From positions 124,001 to 188,000 of IMG/VR virus record IMGVR_UViG_3300037054_000148: a stretch of 64,000 bases of DNA. One strand, given 5' to 3'. The stretch's first letter is position 1. Each line of letters begins with the position of its first letter. Below the pieces are notes generated by a model. It did no database searches. It was not told where the DNA came from and was given only the letters and a program-made list of their open reading frames with translations. This document shows, in pieces, positions 1-8,993 of this stretch. Made by a program: the position numbers and the translations under genes.

Positions 1-1122
1 GAAATCCAGTACAAACTCGCTTCCTCACTCTTGGCGAATAGCACCAAGTCGTTGACCGCAATGTTGCGTCAGACGGCTATCAATGCTCATTATACCAAGG
101 TCGCTGAGAAGTTCGAACAGGTACACAAAGTCGAACTCAATGAATTCCTTGAAGATGAGTCCTTCCTCAAGAAGATGAAGGGTGAAGTCGAGAAGGAATT
201 GAAGAGTGAGCCTAAGTCAGCCAAGTTGAAGAAGGCTGATGAAACTGAAGAGCCCAAGGATGAGGCTCCGAAGGATGAGGCTCCGAAGGATGAGGGAGTG
301 CCCCCAATGGACGAAATGCCCCCAGAGGGTGATGTTCCCCCAGTTGACGAGGCTATGCCCCCAGTTGACGAGACGACTCCTCCAATGGATGAGACGACGC
401 CCCCTGAAGGTGGTGCCCCTGCGGGTGAGCCTATTCCTGACGAAAAGAAGCAGGAACTCCAAGAAAAGATCGATAATCTTGAAGCTGATGTTACTTCCCT
501 TGAGGAAGCGATTGAAGGCGAAGAGGAACTCGATTTCACCAAGATCTTCAATGAAGACGACATGGGCGACAAGACCGATGCGTTGGCGAATGAGGGTGAG
601 GGCGAAGAGTTCGGTGAAGATGGTCTTCCAGTCGAAGCTGATGGTGGTGCAGGATTCTTCGGATCCGAGCCCAATGAGCTTGAAGAGGGTGGAGCAACCG
701 CATCCCCAGAGGATTTCTTCCACCATGCATCTCGTTACGACATCTCTTCCCTTGATGTGTTGCTTGCCGATCAGAAGGTAGCCGCAAAGGTCCAGGGTGT
801 GGATGATCCAATTGTCGAGCGTGGCGATATGGCTGACGACCTTCTGAATGAAGGCGGAGTGCCAGACGCTGAGGAAGATCATGAAGATGTGATTCTTTAT
901 GAGGTTCTGAAGACCCTGGGTGTGGATAAGTATGATCCGGGTGCCAAGCGTGAGGGTGAGCCCAAGCTCGAACCCCCAAAGAAGTCTGTCGCCTCCAAGG
1001 CCCCTGCCAAGCCAGCCTCCAAGGCCGCTTCAATCCGCAGTCTCGGCAATGTCAAGACCGCCACGGATATGAGTAAAGAACAGGCAATGCTTGCCAATCT
1101 TGTCTTCACGGACGACATCTAA
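1..1122 (+). CDS. Probable capsid scaffolding/head assembly protein (5' truncated)
   Basis: Frame is open from base 1. The product is very acidic, low-complexity and Pro/Glu-rich (EAPKD repeats, PPxDE repeats) with several K-x-A motifs. It lies two genes upstream of the major capsid protein. Function is inferred from composition and position. Confidence 0.55.
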   Translation, partial: EIQYKLASSLLANSTKSLTAMLRQTAINAHYTKVAEKFEQVHKVELNEFLEDESFLKKMKGEVEKELKSEPKSAKLKKADETEEPKDEAPKDEAPKDEGVPPMDEMPPEGDVPPVDEAMPPVDETTPPMDETTPPEGGAPAGEPIPDEKKQELQEKIDNLEADVTSLEEAIEGEEELDFTKIFNEDDMGDKTDALANEGEGEEFGEDGLPVEADGGAGFFGSEPNELEEGGATASPEDFFHHASRYDISSLDVLLADQKVAAKVQGVDDPIVERGDMADDLLNEGGVPDAEEDHEDVILYEVLKTLGVDKYDPGAKREGEPKLEPPKKSVASKAPAKPASKAASIRSLGNVKTATDMSKEQAMLANLVFTDDI

Positions 1123-1148
1123 ACAGTAGGCAAATAGCTCTCTGAACT

Positions 1149-1180
1149 ATCAGCCCCTCTTACGAGGGGCTGATTTTTAT
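1149..1180 (+). terminator. Rho-independent terminator
   Basis: ATCAGCCCCTC-TTAC-GAGGGGCTGAT, a perfect 11-bp stem followed by a T-tract. Confidence 0.85.
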
Positions 1181-1631
1181 GTGGACGAATGAAAGCGAAA
1201 CTTGGGAGTTGATTTATATTCTTAAAGAAAAGAAGATGATGACTTCCAGGATTTGGAATTCGCTTAAACAGCGAACCTCTACGGCCAAGTTTTACTACTT
1301 CACCAGTCGTAATGGTTTTCAATTCTTTCAAAATAGAGTTTATACGGCTCAATATGTTAGAAATTGGATGTGGGTCTACGAACAGTTTAAGAACAAACTT
1401 TCTAACCCTAACGCCAATTACATGAATGTAAAATATCAGGTTAGTGTGGAAGACGTAGAGCACCCAGAAGGCTGTAAATGGGCCGAAGTAACTGGCCTAA
1501 ACCTGGATGATATGGACTCCCTCTCCAGTCAGTGCGACACCTTCGCCTATCAGAGTGATGCGGAGCCGAAGGTGCTCAGGGAGTTCCCGTTGACCACATT
1601 TACTCAAAATAAGGCGGAATTGCTGTATTAA
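1179..1631 (+). CDS. Hypothetical protein (start uncertain, may be ~1237)
   Basis: 150-aa ORF filling the gap between the terminator and the convergent endonuclease; no recognisable motif. Confidence 0.5.
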   Translation: MWTNESETWELIYILKEKKMMTSRIWNSLKQRTSTAKFYYFTSRNGFQFFQNRVYTAQYVRNWMWVYEQFKNKLSNPNANYMNVKYQVSVEDVEHPEGCKWAEVTGLNLDDMDSLSSQCDTFAYQSDAEPKVLREFPLTTFTQNKAELLY

Positions 1632-1633
1632 CT

Positions 1634-2188
1634 CTATCTAGTTAATGACCAGCCCTCGTTCAAATAGTAATCAATCTGCTGATTTCTCACTCGCTTATAC
1701 TTCTGTCCCTTATACATTTTTATTGTATTAGCAAACATTTCTTTCATTGATTGTCTCCACTCCTCATTGTTGGCCACATTATTATTCCCGCGCTTCTTTG
1801 CAATGGCTGACATTTTTTGTTTAGTTTCTTTCGAGCGTTTCACTCCAAGCTGAGACCCAGCGGTTACACAGGTATTATATAGTTCCACTCCATCAGATTT
1901 CAGTTTTTCCAACCAATACTGCTCTCTAAGCAGGAGAGCTTCTCGGGTGGGCTCAGTAACCTCTATAACTGACCATTGGAATGCGTTGACTCCATATCTT
2001 TCCCACGCCCGACTTAAATGCTCATTACTGTGGATTTTTTTGTTAAGCTCATTATGGTGCCGCCGCCATCTTCGGTAGAAGTTCAGGGCTGAACCTATAT
2101 AGCAGACTCCGCTCTCCTTATTATCTATGCGATACACCCCCGCCCTCATGTCGTACGGAAAGGGGTAGGTTCCCAATGGTCTCGCCAT
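1634..2188 (-). CDS. GIY-YIG homing endonuclease, free-standing, with NUMOD3-like segment
   Basis: GVYRIDN..CYIGSA.NFYRRWRRH, conserved E (LLLREQYWL) and YN; downstream KRSKETKQKMS motif; GAGGAG RBS upstream on the minus strand. Confidence 0.93.
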   Translation of the reverse strand: MARPLGTYPFPYDMRAGVYRIDNKESGVCYIGSALNFYRRWRRHHNELNKKIHSNEHLSRAWERYGVNAFQWSVIEVTEPTREALLLREQYWLEKLKSDGVELYNTCVTAGSQLGVKRSKETKQKMSAIAKKRGNNNVANNEEWRQSMKEMFANTIKMYKGQKYKRVRNQQIDYYLNEGWSLTR

Positions 2189-2354
2189 TATTTTTTCTCC
2201 TCATTAATAGAACGCGAATATCATGTGATAAAAGTAACCTTGTTTTATAAATACCCCTTCCTTCTTTGCACAAGCAACTTCACATTGTAGTGATCTCGCC
2301 ACCTCGGCTGATCCGTGAAGAAGCGATAAAAATCAACTCATATAGGAGAGATTA

Positions 2355-3166
2355 ATGTATCTCGAACTTAGTGACTTGGGTCTTCACAGTGGAAACGTTG
2401 TGAATGTAAGGTTTAAACTTGGAGAACGCTTAACAGATAATGCTGATGCCAATTCCAAACGAAGCCGGTCAATTGGTGCAGGATCGGAACGCTTAGAGGC
2501 CATAATAACCCACCTAAATTGAAAGCTAAGCTTTTAATATGGTGAAGGAATGGTCCAGACCACGAACACCCATTTGGGGTGGCGGTGAAAACCGAAGTGG
2601 TAGAGAAAAAAGCAAATATGGGGTTAAAACCATAAAAAGCTTAGAATAGTGAGTACTACGGTCAGAATGACGGAACTTGCGTCCCCAATCTGACTCTCAC
2701 AGGTGATCCTGGGACTGATAATGCTGCATTGACTGCTGCTGGCTACAATTCTGGAGCCATCGTTAGCATTCTTTACAATGGGACAACCACCCCTGGCGTT
2801 CTCAACCTGATCATCCACCCTCTGGACGGCGCAAACTCCCTCACCGGAGCCGGTCCAGAAGTGCCCTACGGCTTCCTGCTCTTGGGTGCTGGCCAGTTCT
2901 CGTCTTCCATTACCCCTTCGGGCTCTGGCAAGACCCCTGTGGTCCGCGCATTCCCCAAGTTCAAGGTTCCCGCCGCTCAGGTCACGGGCAGCACCCCTCT
3001 CAACGGGCAGCGTCTCTACACTGCTAACGTTGGTGGTGGCGTTGGTCCTGGTATGTTTACCGCAACCCCTGGTTCGGCTAACACCGCTGGTTCCATCGTC
3101 GTGGGTATCTGCACCCACCCAATCTCCGCCACCGAGCCTTGGCTTGGCGTTGCTTCGTTCTTGTAA
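2355..3166 (+). CDS. Capsid decoration/cement-like protein interrupted by a group I intron: join(2355..2368,2650..3166), 176 aa
   Basis: AGGAGAG RBS precedes ATG 2355. Removing 2369-2649 gives MYLEL-EYYGQNDGTCVPN.., in frame with ORF 2729..3166. The product is small, Gly/Thr-rich and beta-like, and sits directly upstream of the major capsid protein. Confidence 0.75.
2369..2649 (+). ncRNA. Group I self-splicing intron without internal ORF (281 nt)
   Basis: P-like AAACTTGGAGAAC, Q-like AATTCCAAACGAAG, R-like GCTTAGAGGCCAT and S-like AAGGAATGGTCC (P7 GGCCA/TGGTC). P9-type hairpin CGGT-GAAA-ACCG. The IGS GTGACTTGGGT pairs with both exons, with U.G at the 5' splice site. The intron ends in G. Confidence 0.85.
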
Positions 3167-3181
3167 AGGGAGACAAATACA

Positions 3182-4120
3182 ATGACTATTCTATCCCGCA
3201 CCCAAGCACAGACCGCCCAGCTTGGTCAGATTCTGAAGACCGCAGCCGGTCGCCAGAAGCTAGCCGCCGCTCTAGGCCCCTCTCTTCGTCGTCGCCGTGA
3301 CTACATGTCAATCGCCCGTAAGGCATTGATGGTAGAAACACTTCCCGATGGAGCCCTCCCGATTTACGACAAGGAATTTGACGAAACCGGACGCAGCTTC
3401 GTGCAGGCGTTCGTGGTCGGTGAACAGGGTGGAGACGTTGTAAACGTTGCCAACCCAATCCGTGTCACGGTCCCCACGTTTGAAATCGTGTCCAACCCCA
3501 TGATTCCAATCACCCAGATCAAAGAGCGCAGATTCGATATCGTTTCTCGCGCCCTCAATCTGGCTAAGGCCGAAGTCGGTGCCGCTGAGGACAACTACGT
3601 CTTCAACCTCTTCCTGAAGATTGATGCTGCGGCCACTACCGCAACCTCTTCGACCGGATACACTGATTACGTTTACAACAAGAGCCTTGCCTATAACGTC
3701 TCTTCATCTTCCGGACCTTACGGCCTCGCCGTTGATCCTTTCGCAGATGCTTTCGGTATGGTGCAGCGTCACGATCTCTCTGTTGCCTACATCTTCATGA
3801 ACCCTCGTGATTATGTGGACATCCTGAAGTGGACTGATGACAACATCGACCGTGAGACTCAGCGTCACTTGCTGAAAACCGGTATCATGGGCTACCTCTG
3901 GGGCGCAACGATCTTGCAGTCCAGAAAAGTCGCTTACGGTGATGTCTGGGTCATGGCTGATGCCGAGTTCCTTGGTGTCATCCCTGAGCGTGTCCCCCTG
4001 ACCGTTCTAAGTGCTGATCGCCCTGACCTTCGTCAGATTGGCTTCAGTGTTTTCGAGATTCTGGGATTTTTAATTTTCAATCCTTCTGGATTGGAGAGAA
4101 TCGTAATCACCCGGTCTTAA
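3182..4120 (+). CDS. Major capsid protein (HK97 fold)
   Basis: 312 aa with strongly C-ending codons typical of high expression. Sequence fits large-phage MCPs (ETLPDGALPIYDKE; VTVPTFEIVSNPMIPITQIKERRFDIV; YIFMNPRDY; GYLWGATI). Followed by a strong terminator. Confidence 0.85.
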   Translation: MTILSRTQAQTAQLGQILKTAAGRQKLAAALGPSLRRRRDYMSIARKALMVETLPDGALPIYDKEFDETGRSFVQAFVVGEQGGDVVNVANPIRVTVPTFEIVSNPMIPITQIKERRFDIVSRALNLAKAEVGAAEDNYVFNLFLKIDAAATTATSSTGYTDYVYNKSLAYNVSSSSGPYGLAVDPFADAFGMVQRHDLSVAYIFMNPRDYVDILKWTDDNIDRETQRHLLKTGIMGYLWGATILQSRKVAYGDVWVMADAEFLGVIPERVPLTVLSADRPDLRQIGFSVFEILGFLIFNPSGLERIVITRS

Positions 4121-4142
4121 AAAGTCCTTGATAATTAAGGCA

Positions 4143-4172
4143 AAGGGCCTCTTCGGAGGCCCTTGTTATTTC
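4143..4172 (+). terminator. Rho-independent terminator after the major capsid gene
   Basis: AAGGGCCTC-TTCG-GAGGCCCTT, a 9-bp stem with UUCG loop and a T-rich tail. Confidence 0.9.
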
Positions 4173-4292
4173 TTACAAAAATTAGTAAAAAATCGGCACC
4201 GGCCTCCACTCAATCTCAATTACTCTTAACCCAATTCATCCTACGTAAAACTAATCCAACTCAGTAAAATAATCTATCCAATTCCCTAGAAT

Positions 4293-4315
4293 ACCGAGTA
4301 TTATATTGTAGGAGG
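4293..4315 (+). promoter_or_regulatory. Putative promoter -10 plus RBS motif, copy 1
   Basis: ACCGAGTATTATATTGTAGGAGG is 21/23 identical to 63277-63299. It contains TATTAT and AGGAGG just upstream of ATG 4320. Confidence 0.55.
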
Positions 4316-4319
4316 TCCC

Positions 4320-5570
4320 ATGGACCAGACAATCAAAGATGCTTTTGCGGAAATACCCCATGATCCAGATTGGTTGGATCGCTACTTGAATTTTCTTGAG
4401 GAATCCACTATTCCGACTGAGGATGACTACTCCGAGTCTCATCATATTCTTCCCAGGAGTCTGTTTCCTGACTTTCAGTTGTTTACTCAGAACCCTTGGA
4501 ATCGCATTGACTTGAAGGGGACGGACCATCTGATCGCTCACTACTTCCTACTGAAAGCTTTACCAGAGGTTCATGCACTCAGACATGCGTTCTGCTTCAT
4601 GGTGGGCATTAGGCAGGATCAGCCGGTTCCTGATATCTCTCCCATCCTTCTTCAAGAGATGGCTGAAGAGTATGTGTTTCAGAAAACTGGGCTCAGATGG
4701 GTAACTAAAGATGGTCAGGAGCTGAAGATTTTGCCTCATGAACACACGAAGTATTTAATGGACGGGTGGGCTCTGGGTAGGGCTTATACCCATTCTAATG
4801 AAACTCGGCTAAAAATTATTGATGGAAATAGGGAGTGGCACCGACTTGAATCTCTCAAGTCTGACGCTTATGTATATCTGCCCCACGGTGATCAACATCA
4901 TCGTCGTATATTTGGCTGCCCCCCAGAAGTTAGGGCAAAAATTTCTGCTGGGCTGACCGGATTGGTTCAGTCTGCTGAAACGATTGAAAAGCGGCGGCTG
5001 AAAATAGTTGGGACACATTGGGTCTGGAACCCAGACTCCAAGAAACAGTTATCCGTTTCTCGCCAGGGTGAGGGCAACAACCGCTTTGGCCAAGTTGGTT
5101 ATTGGCGAGACAAACATCATTCTGAAGAGGAAAAGCAAAAAACCTCTGAGTCTCTCAAGCAGTTCAACAGGGAACACCCTGATGTGAATCGGGATAACAA
5201 GCCCAGAGGGGAGGATCATTGGACGTTCGGCAGGGAGCGACCAGAGGAGACGAGACAGAAGATATCTGCCTCGCTGACGGGCAAGAAACAGTCCACAGCG
5301 ACCAAACAGAAACGTGCGGAGTCCCTAGCGATGACTAAACTTCCCTCTTTTACTCCAGAAGAGGAAAGTATTTTTCATCGCATCCTCTCTGCCCCGACTG
5401 ACAGAGAGCGAGAGTGTCTGGCTAGGTTGATTAGTTCCACCAAGCAAGCACCGGCCAAATCCTTAGCTCTGGGTCTCTGCTTCCTTCTCAACGGAGAGTG
5501 GCAGACTCGTGACCGCCGCTACTGGAGGACGGCTGAAACTTGGCTGAAGAAAAATAACATCGTTATTTGA
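4320..5570 (+). CDS. HNH homing endonuclease with NUMOD3-type DNA-binding repeats
   Basis: ESHHILPRS..NRIDL..DHLIAHYFL HNH core; repeated modules such as HSNETRLKI, PEVRAKISAGLTG, HSEEEKQKTSESLK and PEETRQKISASLTG. Confidence 0.88.
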   Translation: MDQTIKDAFAEIPHDPDWLDRYLNFLEESTIPTEDDYSESHHILPRSLFPDFQLFTQNPWNRIDLKGTDHLIAHYFLLKALPEVHALRHAFCFMVGIRQDQPVPDISPILLQEMAEEYVFQKTGLRWVTKDGQELKILPHEHTKYLMDGWALGRAYTHSNETRLKIIDGNREWHRLESLKSDAYVYLPHGDQHHRRIFGCPPEVRAKISAGLTGLVQSAETIEKRRLKIVGTHWVWNPDSKKQLSVSRQGEGNNRFGQVGYWRDKHHSEEEKQKTSESLKQFNREHPDVNRDNKPRGEDHWTFGRERPEETRQKISASLTGKKQSTATKQKRAESLAMTKLPSFTPEEESIFHRILSAPTDRERECLARLISSTKQAPAKSLALGLCFLLNGEWQTRDRRYWRTAETWLKKNNIVI

Positions 5571-5628
5571 CAACAAACAGAGTAATAGTTCAATATCCCC
5601 TACGGGGGAACTCTTCCATGGAGAACAA

Positions 5629-6312
5629 ATGAACAAATGCTATAAATTCACCCGAGACGTTAACTTCCCTCAGAAGGGACCGGACGGGAAAACTCCCAAC
5701 GGTTTCGTCGCTTTGCCTGGGGACACGATTACCCAGATTTCTCACACCACCTATCAGTTTTCAGATGGATATAAGGAACGTGAACTCACATTAACCGACC
5801 AGGGTATTGAGACTATGCTGGGTCATGGCTGGATTGAAGAAATTGGTGTTGAGGGTGAGGAGGGAGAGGAACAAGAGGTCTCCACAGATCCCTATGAGAT
5901 CATCGCTGCGGCTCAGGCACAGATTGCTGCGGCTCAGGCTGCCATCAATCAGGCGACTGCCAGCAAGGCTATCTCTAAGGCAGCGGCTCTGCGTCCTGCA
6001 AATCGCCCTAATACCCCCACAGCTAAGCCTGTCCCCACTCCCCAGGCCCCTCGTCCTGTCCCTCCTCCGGCAAGGCCAGTAGTTCCAGCCCCCTCTCCTA
6101 AGCCAGCCCCCAAGCCCCTTCCTAAGCCCATTGGAAAGGTCGTGGCTCCCGCCGCCCCCGAGCGGGTATCCCCCATTCTTGAGTCCGCTCTGGGAGAAGA
6201 CCCCACGCAGGGTCATGGTCAGCTTTCAGAAGCTGAGGCAGTTGATGCCGTTCTATCCAGAGTCAAGAGGGTGAACCGCCCCCGTACCCCAGCAGGAACG
6301 GCAAAGGGTTAA
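5629..6312 (+). CDS. Hypothetical protein with Ala/Pro-rich linker
   Basis: 227-aa ORF with GGAG RBS and a long PxP tract. Confidence 0.7.
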   Translation: MNKCYKFTRDVNFPQKGPDGKTPNGFVALPGDTITQISHTTYQFSDGYKERELTLTDQGIETMLGHGWIEEIGVEGEEGEEQEVSTDPYEIIAAAQAQIAAAQAAINQATASKAISKAAALRPANRPNTPTAKPVPTPQAPRPVPPPARPVVPAPSPKPAPKPLPKPIGKVVAPAAPERVSPILESALGEDPTQGHGQLSEAEAVDAVLSRVKRVNRPRTPAGTAKG

Positions 6313-6313
6313 A

Positions 6314-6763
6314 ATGCTGCATCAGTATCAGTCAGATCGTGAGTTGAAGTTCCCTGATCAACGGCTTTACACTAAGCCGGGGGATATTTTAATGTATAAC
6401 GACCTAACCTTTGCACTGACCATTTATCGGAACTCAGTTTTGATGGGAACAGTTCAGTTCTCTCGAAGCGGCCTCCAGGAGTTCTTGAGACTCGGTTGGG
6501 TAAAAAAGCCGACTGAAATCAATTCTCTCCCCACTGTTTCCACCCCTCCTTACATCGTTGGGGTGGACCTGGGGTTTGGTGAGGGTAAGTCGGTCGAGGT
6601 GACAGCTATTCAGACACCTGAAGGGGATATCAAAATTACAAATATCGCAGAGGTTAAAGGGATCCCAGATTCCATGCTTCCGCTGGTTCCCGGCATCACC
6701 TCTGAAGATAGAATGGTCGAAACTATGGCCATCCCCAAACTACGCAAAGCGAAAAAGTCTTAG
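6314..6763 (+). CDS. Hypothetical protein
   Basis: 149-aa ORF starting 1 nt after the preceding stop; its N-terminal part resembles that of 5629..6312 in length and pattern. Confidence 0.65.
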   Translation: MLHQYQSDRELKFPDQRLYTKPGDILMYNDLTFALTIYRNSVLMGTVQFSRSGLQEFLRLGWVKKPTEINSLPTVSTPPYIVGVDLGFGEGKSVEVTAIQTPEGDIKITNIAEVKGIPDSMLPLVPGITSEDRMVETMAIPKLRKAKKS

Positions 6764-6826
6764 ACTATTGCCCTCTCTTATTGAAGGTGTGGGTCTACAA
6801 AATAGACCACTGACACAGAGTGATCA

Positions 6827-7735
6827 ATGTCCGATAGTCCCAAACAGCCAGAAGAAGTGTGGGTGAGCATCCCACTCCCCTATCTGGCTGTATCTCGTTA
6901 TAAAATTGCTTTGAACATCCGAGAGCTTACCACTCTGACTAATCAGTTCAGTTTGAAATACGTCAAGGGCTGTGTTCCCACGTTGATTCGCTCTCTCCCC
7001 AAAGAACTTTCAATGCAATACAGGGTGAAGTGCCAGAAAGAGGACTCTGATCCTGCTGGTCATGAGGTTAGAGTCAAATTCGATATATCTCAGGTAACCA
7101 AAGATACTACCCTGAATGACCTTCAGGTTCGTTGTTCCTGCACGTGCCCCGCCTTTTTATACTGGGGGGCTCAGTGGCACCTCCATGAGAAGGACGGCTT
7201 AGAGGGCCAGCCAAGGCCCCTCTTACAGGCCCCCCAGGAGCGGCTAGATTTGCGAAATGGATACTTGATTTGCAAGCACGTGAAAGTCGTCGCGGATCGT
7301 ATCATCCCTTCTATTAGCAAGGTCATCAAAAATATCTCCAGAGATCTTTTAGTTCAAGAGAACAAATCTCGTGAAGAGCAGGAACGCTTGGATCAGGAAG
7401 CTGACGATAAGTTGCAACAGGCTCTACCCCATGAAAAGGGCAAGCCAGTCGCCCCAAGGCCCACTAAAGCCCCAAAACCCACTCCTCCCCAGAAAGCTCT
7501 CACTCAGATGCAAGGGCCTAGCCCACAGGAAGTTCAGCGCAGACAAGATCTTCTTCAGAAAGAGCAAGACCGTTTGATGGATCTGGTTATGAAGCCTATC
7601 GAAGAAACTAAATCGGTAGAGGATATGCAGGGGACTCCAAATAGGCCAGCGAAGCCTAAAAAGCCAGAACGGAGTGGTCTGGACATGAGCCTCAAGCCCG
7701 GTCAAAAAGTTCGCACACGCCAGGGAGTTATTTGA
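6827..7735 (+). CDS. SWIM-type zinc finger protein
   Basis: VRCSCTCPAFLYWG...ICKHV pattern (CxC-x-C...CKH); basic Pro-rich C-terminus. Confidence 0.7.
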   Translation: MSDSPKQPEEVWVSIPLPYLAVSRYKIALNIRELTTLTNQFSLKYVKGCVPTLIRSLPKELSMQYRVKCQKEDSDPAGHEVRVKFDISQVTKDTTLNDLQVRCSCTCPAFLYWGAQWHLHEKDGLEGQPRPLLQAPQERLDLRNGYLICKHVKVVADRIIPSISKVIKNISRDLLVQENKSREEQERLDQEADDKLQQALPHEKGKPVAPRPTKAPKPTPPQKALTQMQGPSPQEVQRRQDLLQKEQDRLMDLVMKPIEETKSVEDMQGTPNRPAKPKKPERSGLDMSLKPGQKVRTRQGVI

Positions 7736-8712
7736 TGAAAAACGCCGCTCTTCCCGATACTATTAATCTTCCCAAACAACCGATGTCTAAGGAGTTTGAT
7801 GCGGTTCGCCGCACCTATCAGACTATGGCAGATGAGGGCATTCAAGCCTTGAGTTGGAGAGAGTTCCAACAAAAGTTCCAACAGGCCGTGAAGCAGTATC
7901 CTCAATTGTTCACAGAAATTCGCCACAATAAACCCACTGTCCAGCAGTCTGATCTGAAGAGTTGGGTTGATAAGCAGCAGAGCCGTGGAAACTATAATAT
8001 CACCTATGATAAATATCATAGTCCCGAGCACTCCTACCGAGATGTTGAACAATTGGTTATGCAGTTGAACAGGGGAGCCGATGCAAATAAAATATTGGAA
8101 GAGGACTCTCCGTTAGGTCAATTTATTGATATGGTAGGTCAGGCTAGTGGGCCTTCTGGGCACCCCGCCAAACGAGATACAGTAGGGTGGCTGCGGGTTG
8201 ACTTCGTGGATGAAGACTACCTGTTTGTTGACGAGATTCAGTCTGATTTGGTAAACGGAGTCTCCCAGGCTCAGGCATTTCTTAAGCACCCAAACTATCA
8301 GGCATGGTATGAGGCTCAGAATGCTGGGGTCAGAACCCAGATTGACGCGATTCCCGATGCGAGACAGCGGTTCAATGGAGCAAAGGGCCAGTTTCAAATG
8401 ATGGGTTACACGATTGAGAGTCTAGAAGAAATCAAGGGTAAACTAGTCCAGTTGTTTGAAGATTGGAGCGAGTATGCGTTAGCCACAATCTTGGAAATTG
8501 CAAGGTCACACGGGATCAAATATGTGGCCATTAATAGCTCTGACAGTATTGCTACGAGAGACCCCTCGGTAGACCCACAGAAAATCAAGATGTATTACGA
8601 TAATCTGGCAAAATCCTTTGGATTCAAAAAAGAGAAGGTCGATACGGGCCAGATTTCAGGCATCTTCTGGGTCCGCAAGGCTTCTATTCCCTCCTACCTG
8701 ACAGCCCGGTAA
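7732..8712 (+). CDS. Putative internal virion protein with LFVDEIQSD motif
   Basis: GWLRVD..YLFVDEIQSD motif recalls domains in phage large internal/polyvalent proteins; N-terminus MKNAA. Confidence 0.45.
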   Translation: MMKNAALPDTINLPKQPMSKEFDAVRRTYQTMADEGIQALSWREFQQKFQQAVKQYPQLFTEIRHNKPTVQQSDLKSWVDKQQSRGNYNITYDKYHSPEHSYRDVEQLVMQLNRGADANKILEEDSPLGQFIDMVGQASGPSGHPAKRDTVGWLRVDFVDEDYLFVDEIQSDLVNGVSQAQAFLKHPNYQAWYEAQNAGVRTQIDAIPDARQRFNGAKGQFQMMGYTIESLEEIKGKLVQLFEDWSEYALATILEIARSHGIKYVAINSSDSIATRDPSVDPQKIKMYYDNLAKSFGFKKEKVDTGQISGIFWVRKASIPSYLTAR

Positions 8713-8777
8713 GGACAAGTCTTCATCACAAATGGACTTCCTAATTCTTAGGATGTAGACTTTTACTAGGAGCCCCT

Positions 8778-8981
8778 ATGACTACAAAAATTGCTGCCGT
8801 TGACGCTGAGGCGATGAACAACCTCTTCGCTGAAGAACTCACTAAGACAGGTTCTAAGGTCGCTGCCGGAGAAAAGCTCCAGTGCTTTGACGATCACAAG
8901 GATTATGTGTCCACCCTCGAATCCGTCCTGAGTGACGACAAGAACGATGCGTGGGAACCAAATGACATGATTCTCGATTAA
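8778..8981 (+). CDS. Small acidic hypothetical protein
   Basis: 67 aa with AGGAG RBS; contains KIAA and KVAA motifs. Confidence 0.7.
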   Translation: MTTKIAAVDAEAMNNLFAEELTKTGSKVAAGEKLQCFDDHKDYVSTLESVLSDDKNDAWEPNDMILD

Positions 8982-8993
8982 TCGAGATAAATA

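Noticed and set aside
90-1033. Several long minus-strand and alternate-frame ORFs over the scaffold gene
   Set aside because: Ser/Pro-rich shadows of a low-complexity acidic gene; no RBS or motifs.
2729-3166. ORF-track start at TTG 2729
   Set aside because: No RBS; the frame stays open back to 2645 and joins an SD-led ATG at 2355 after intron removal.
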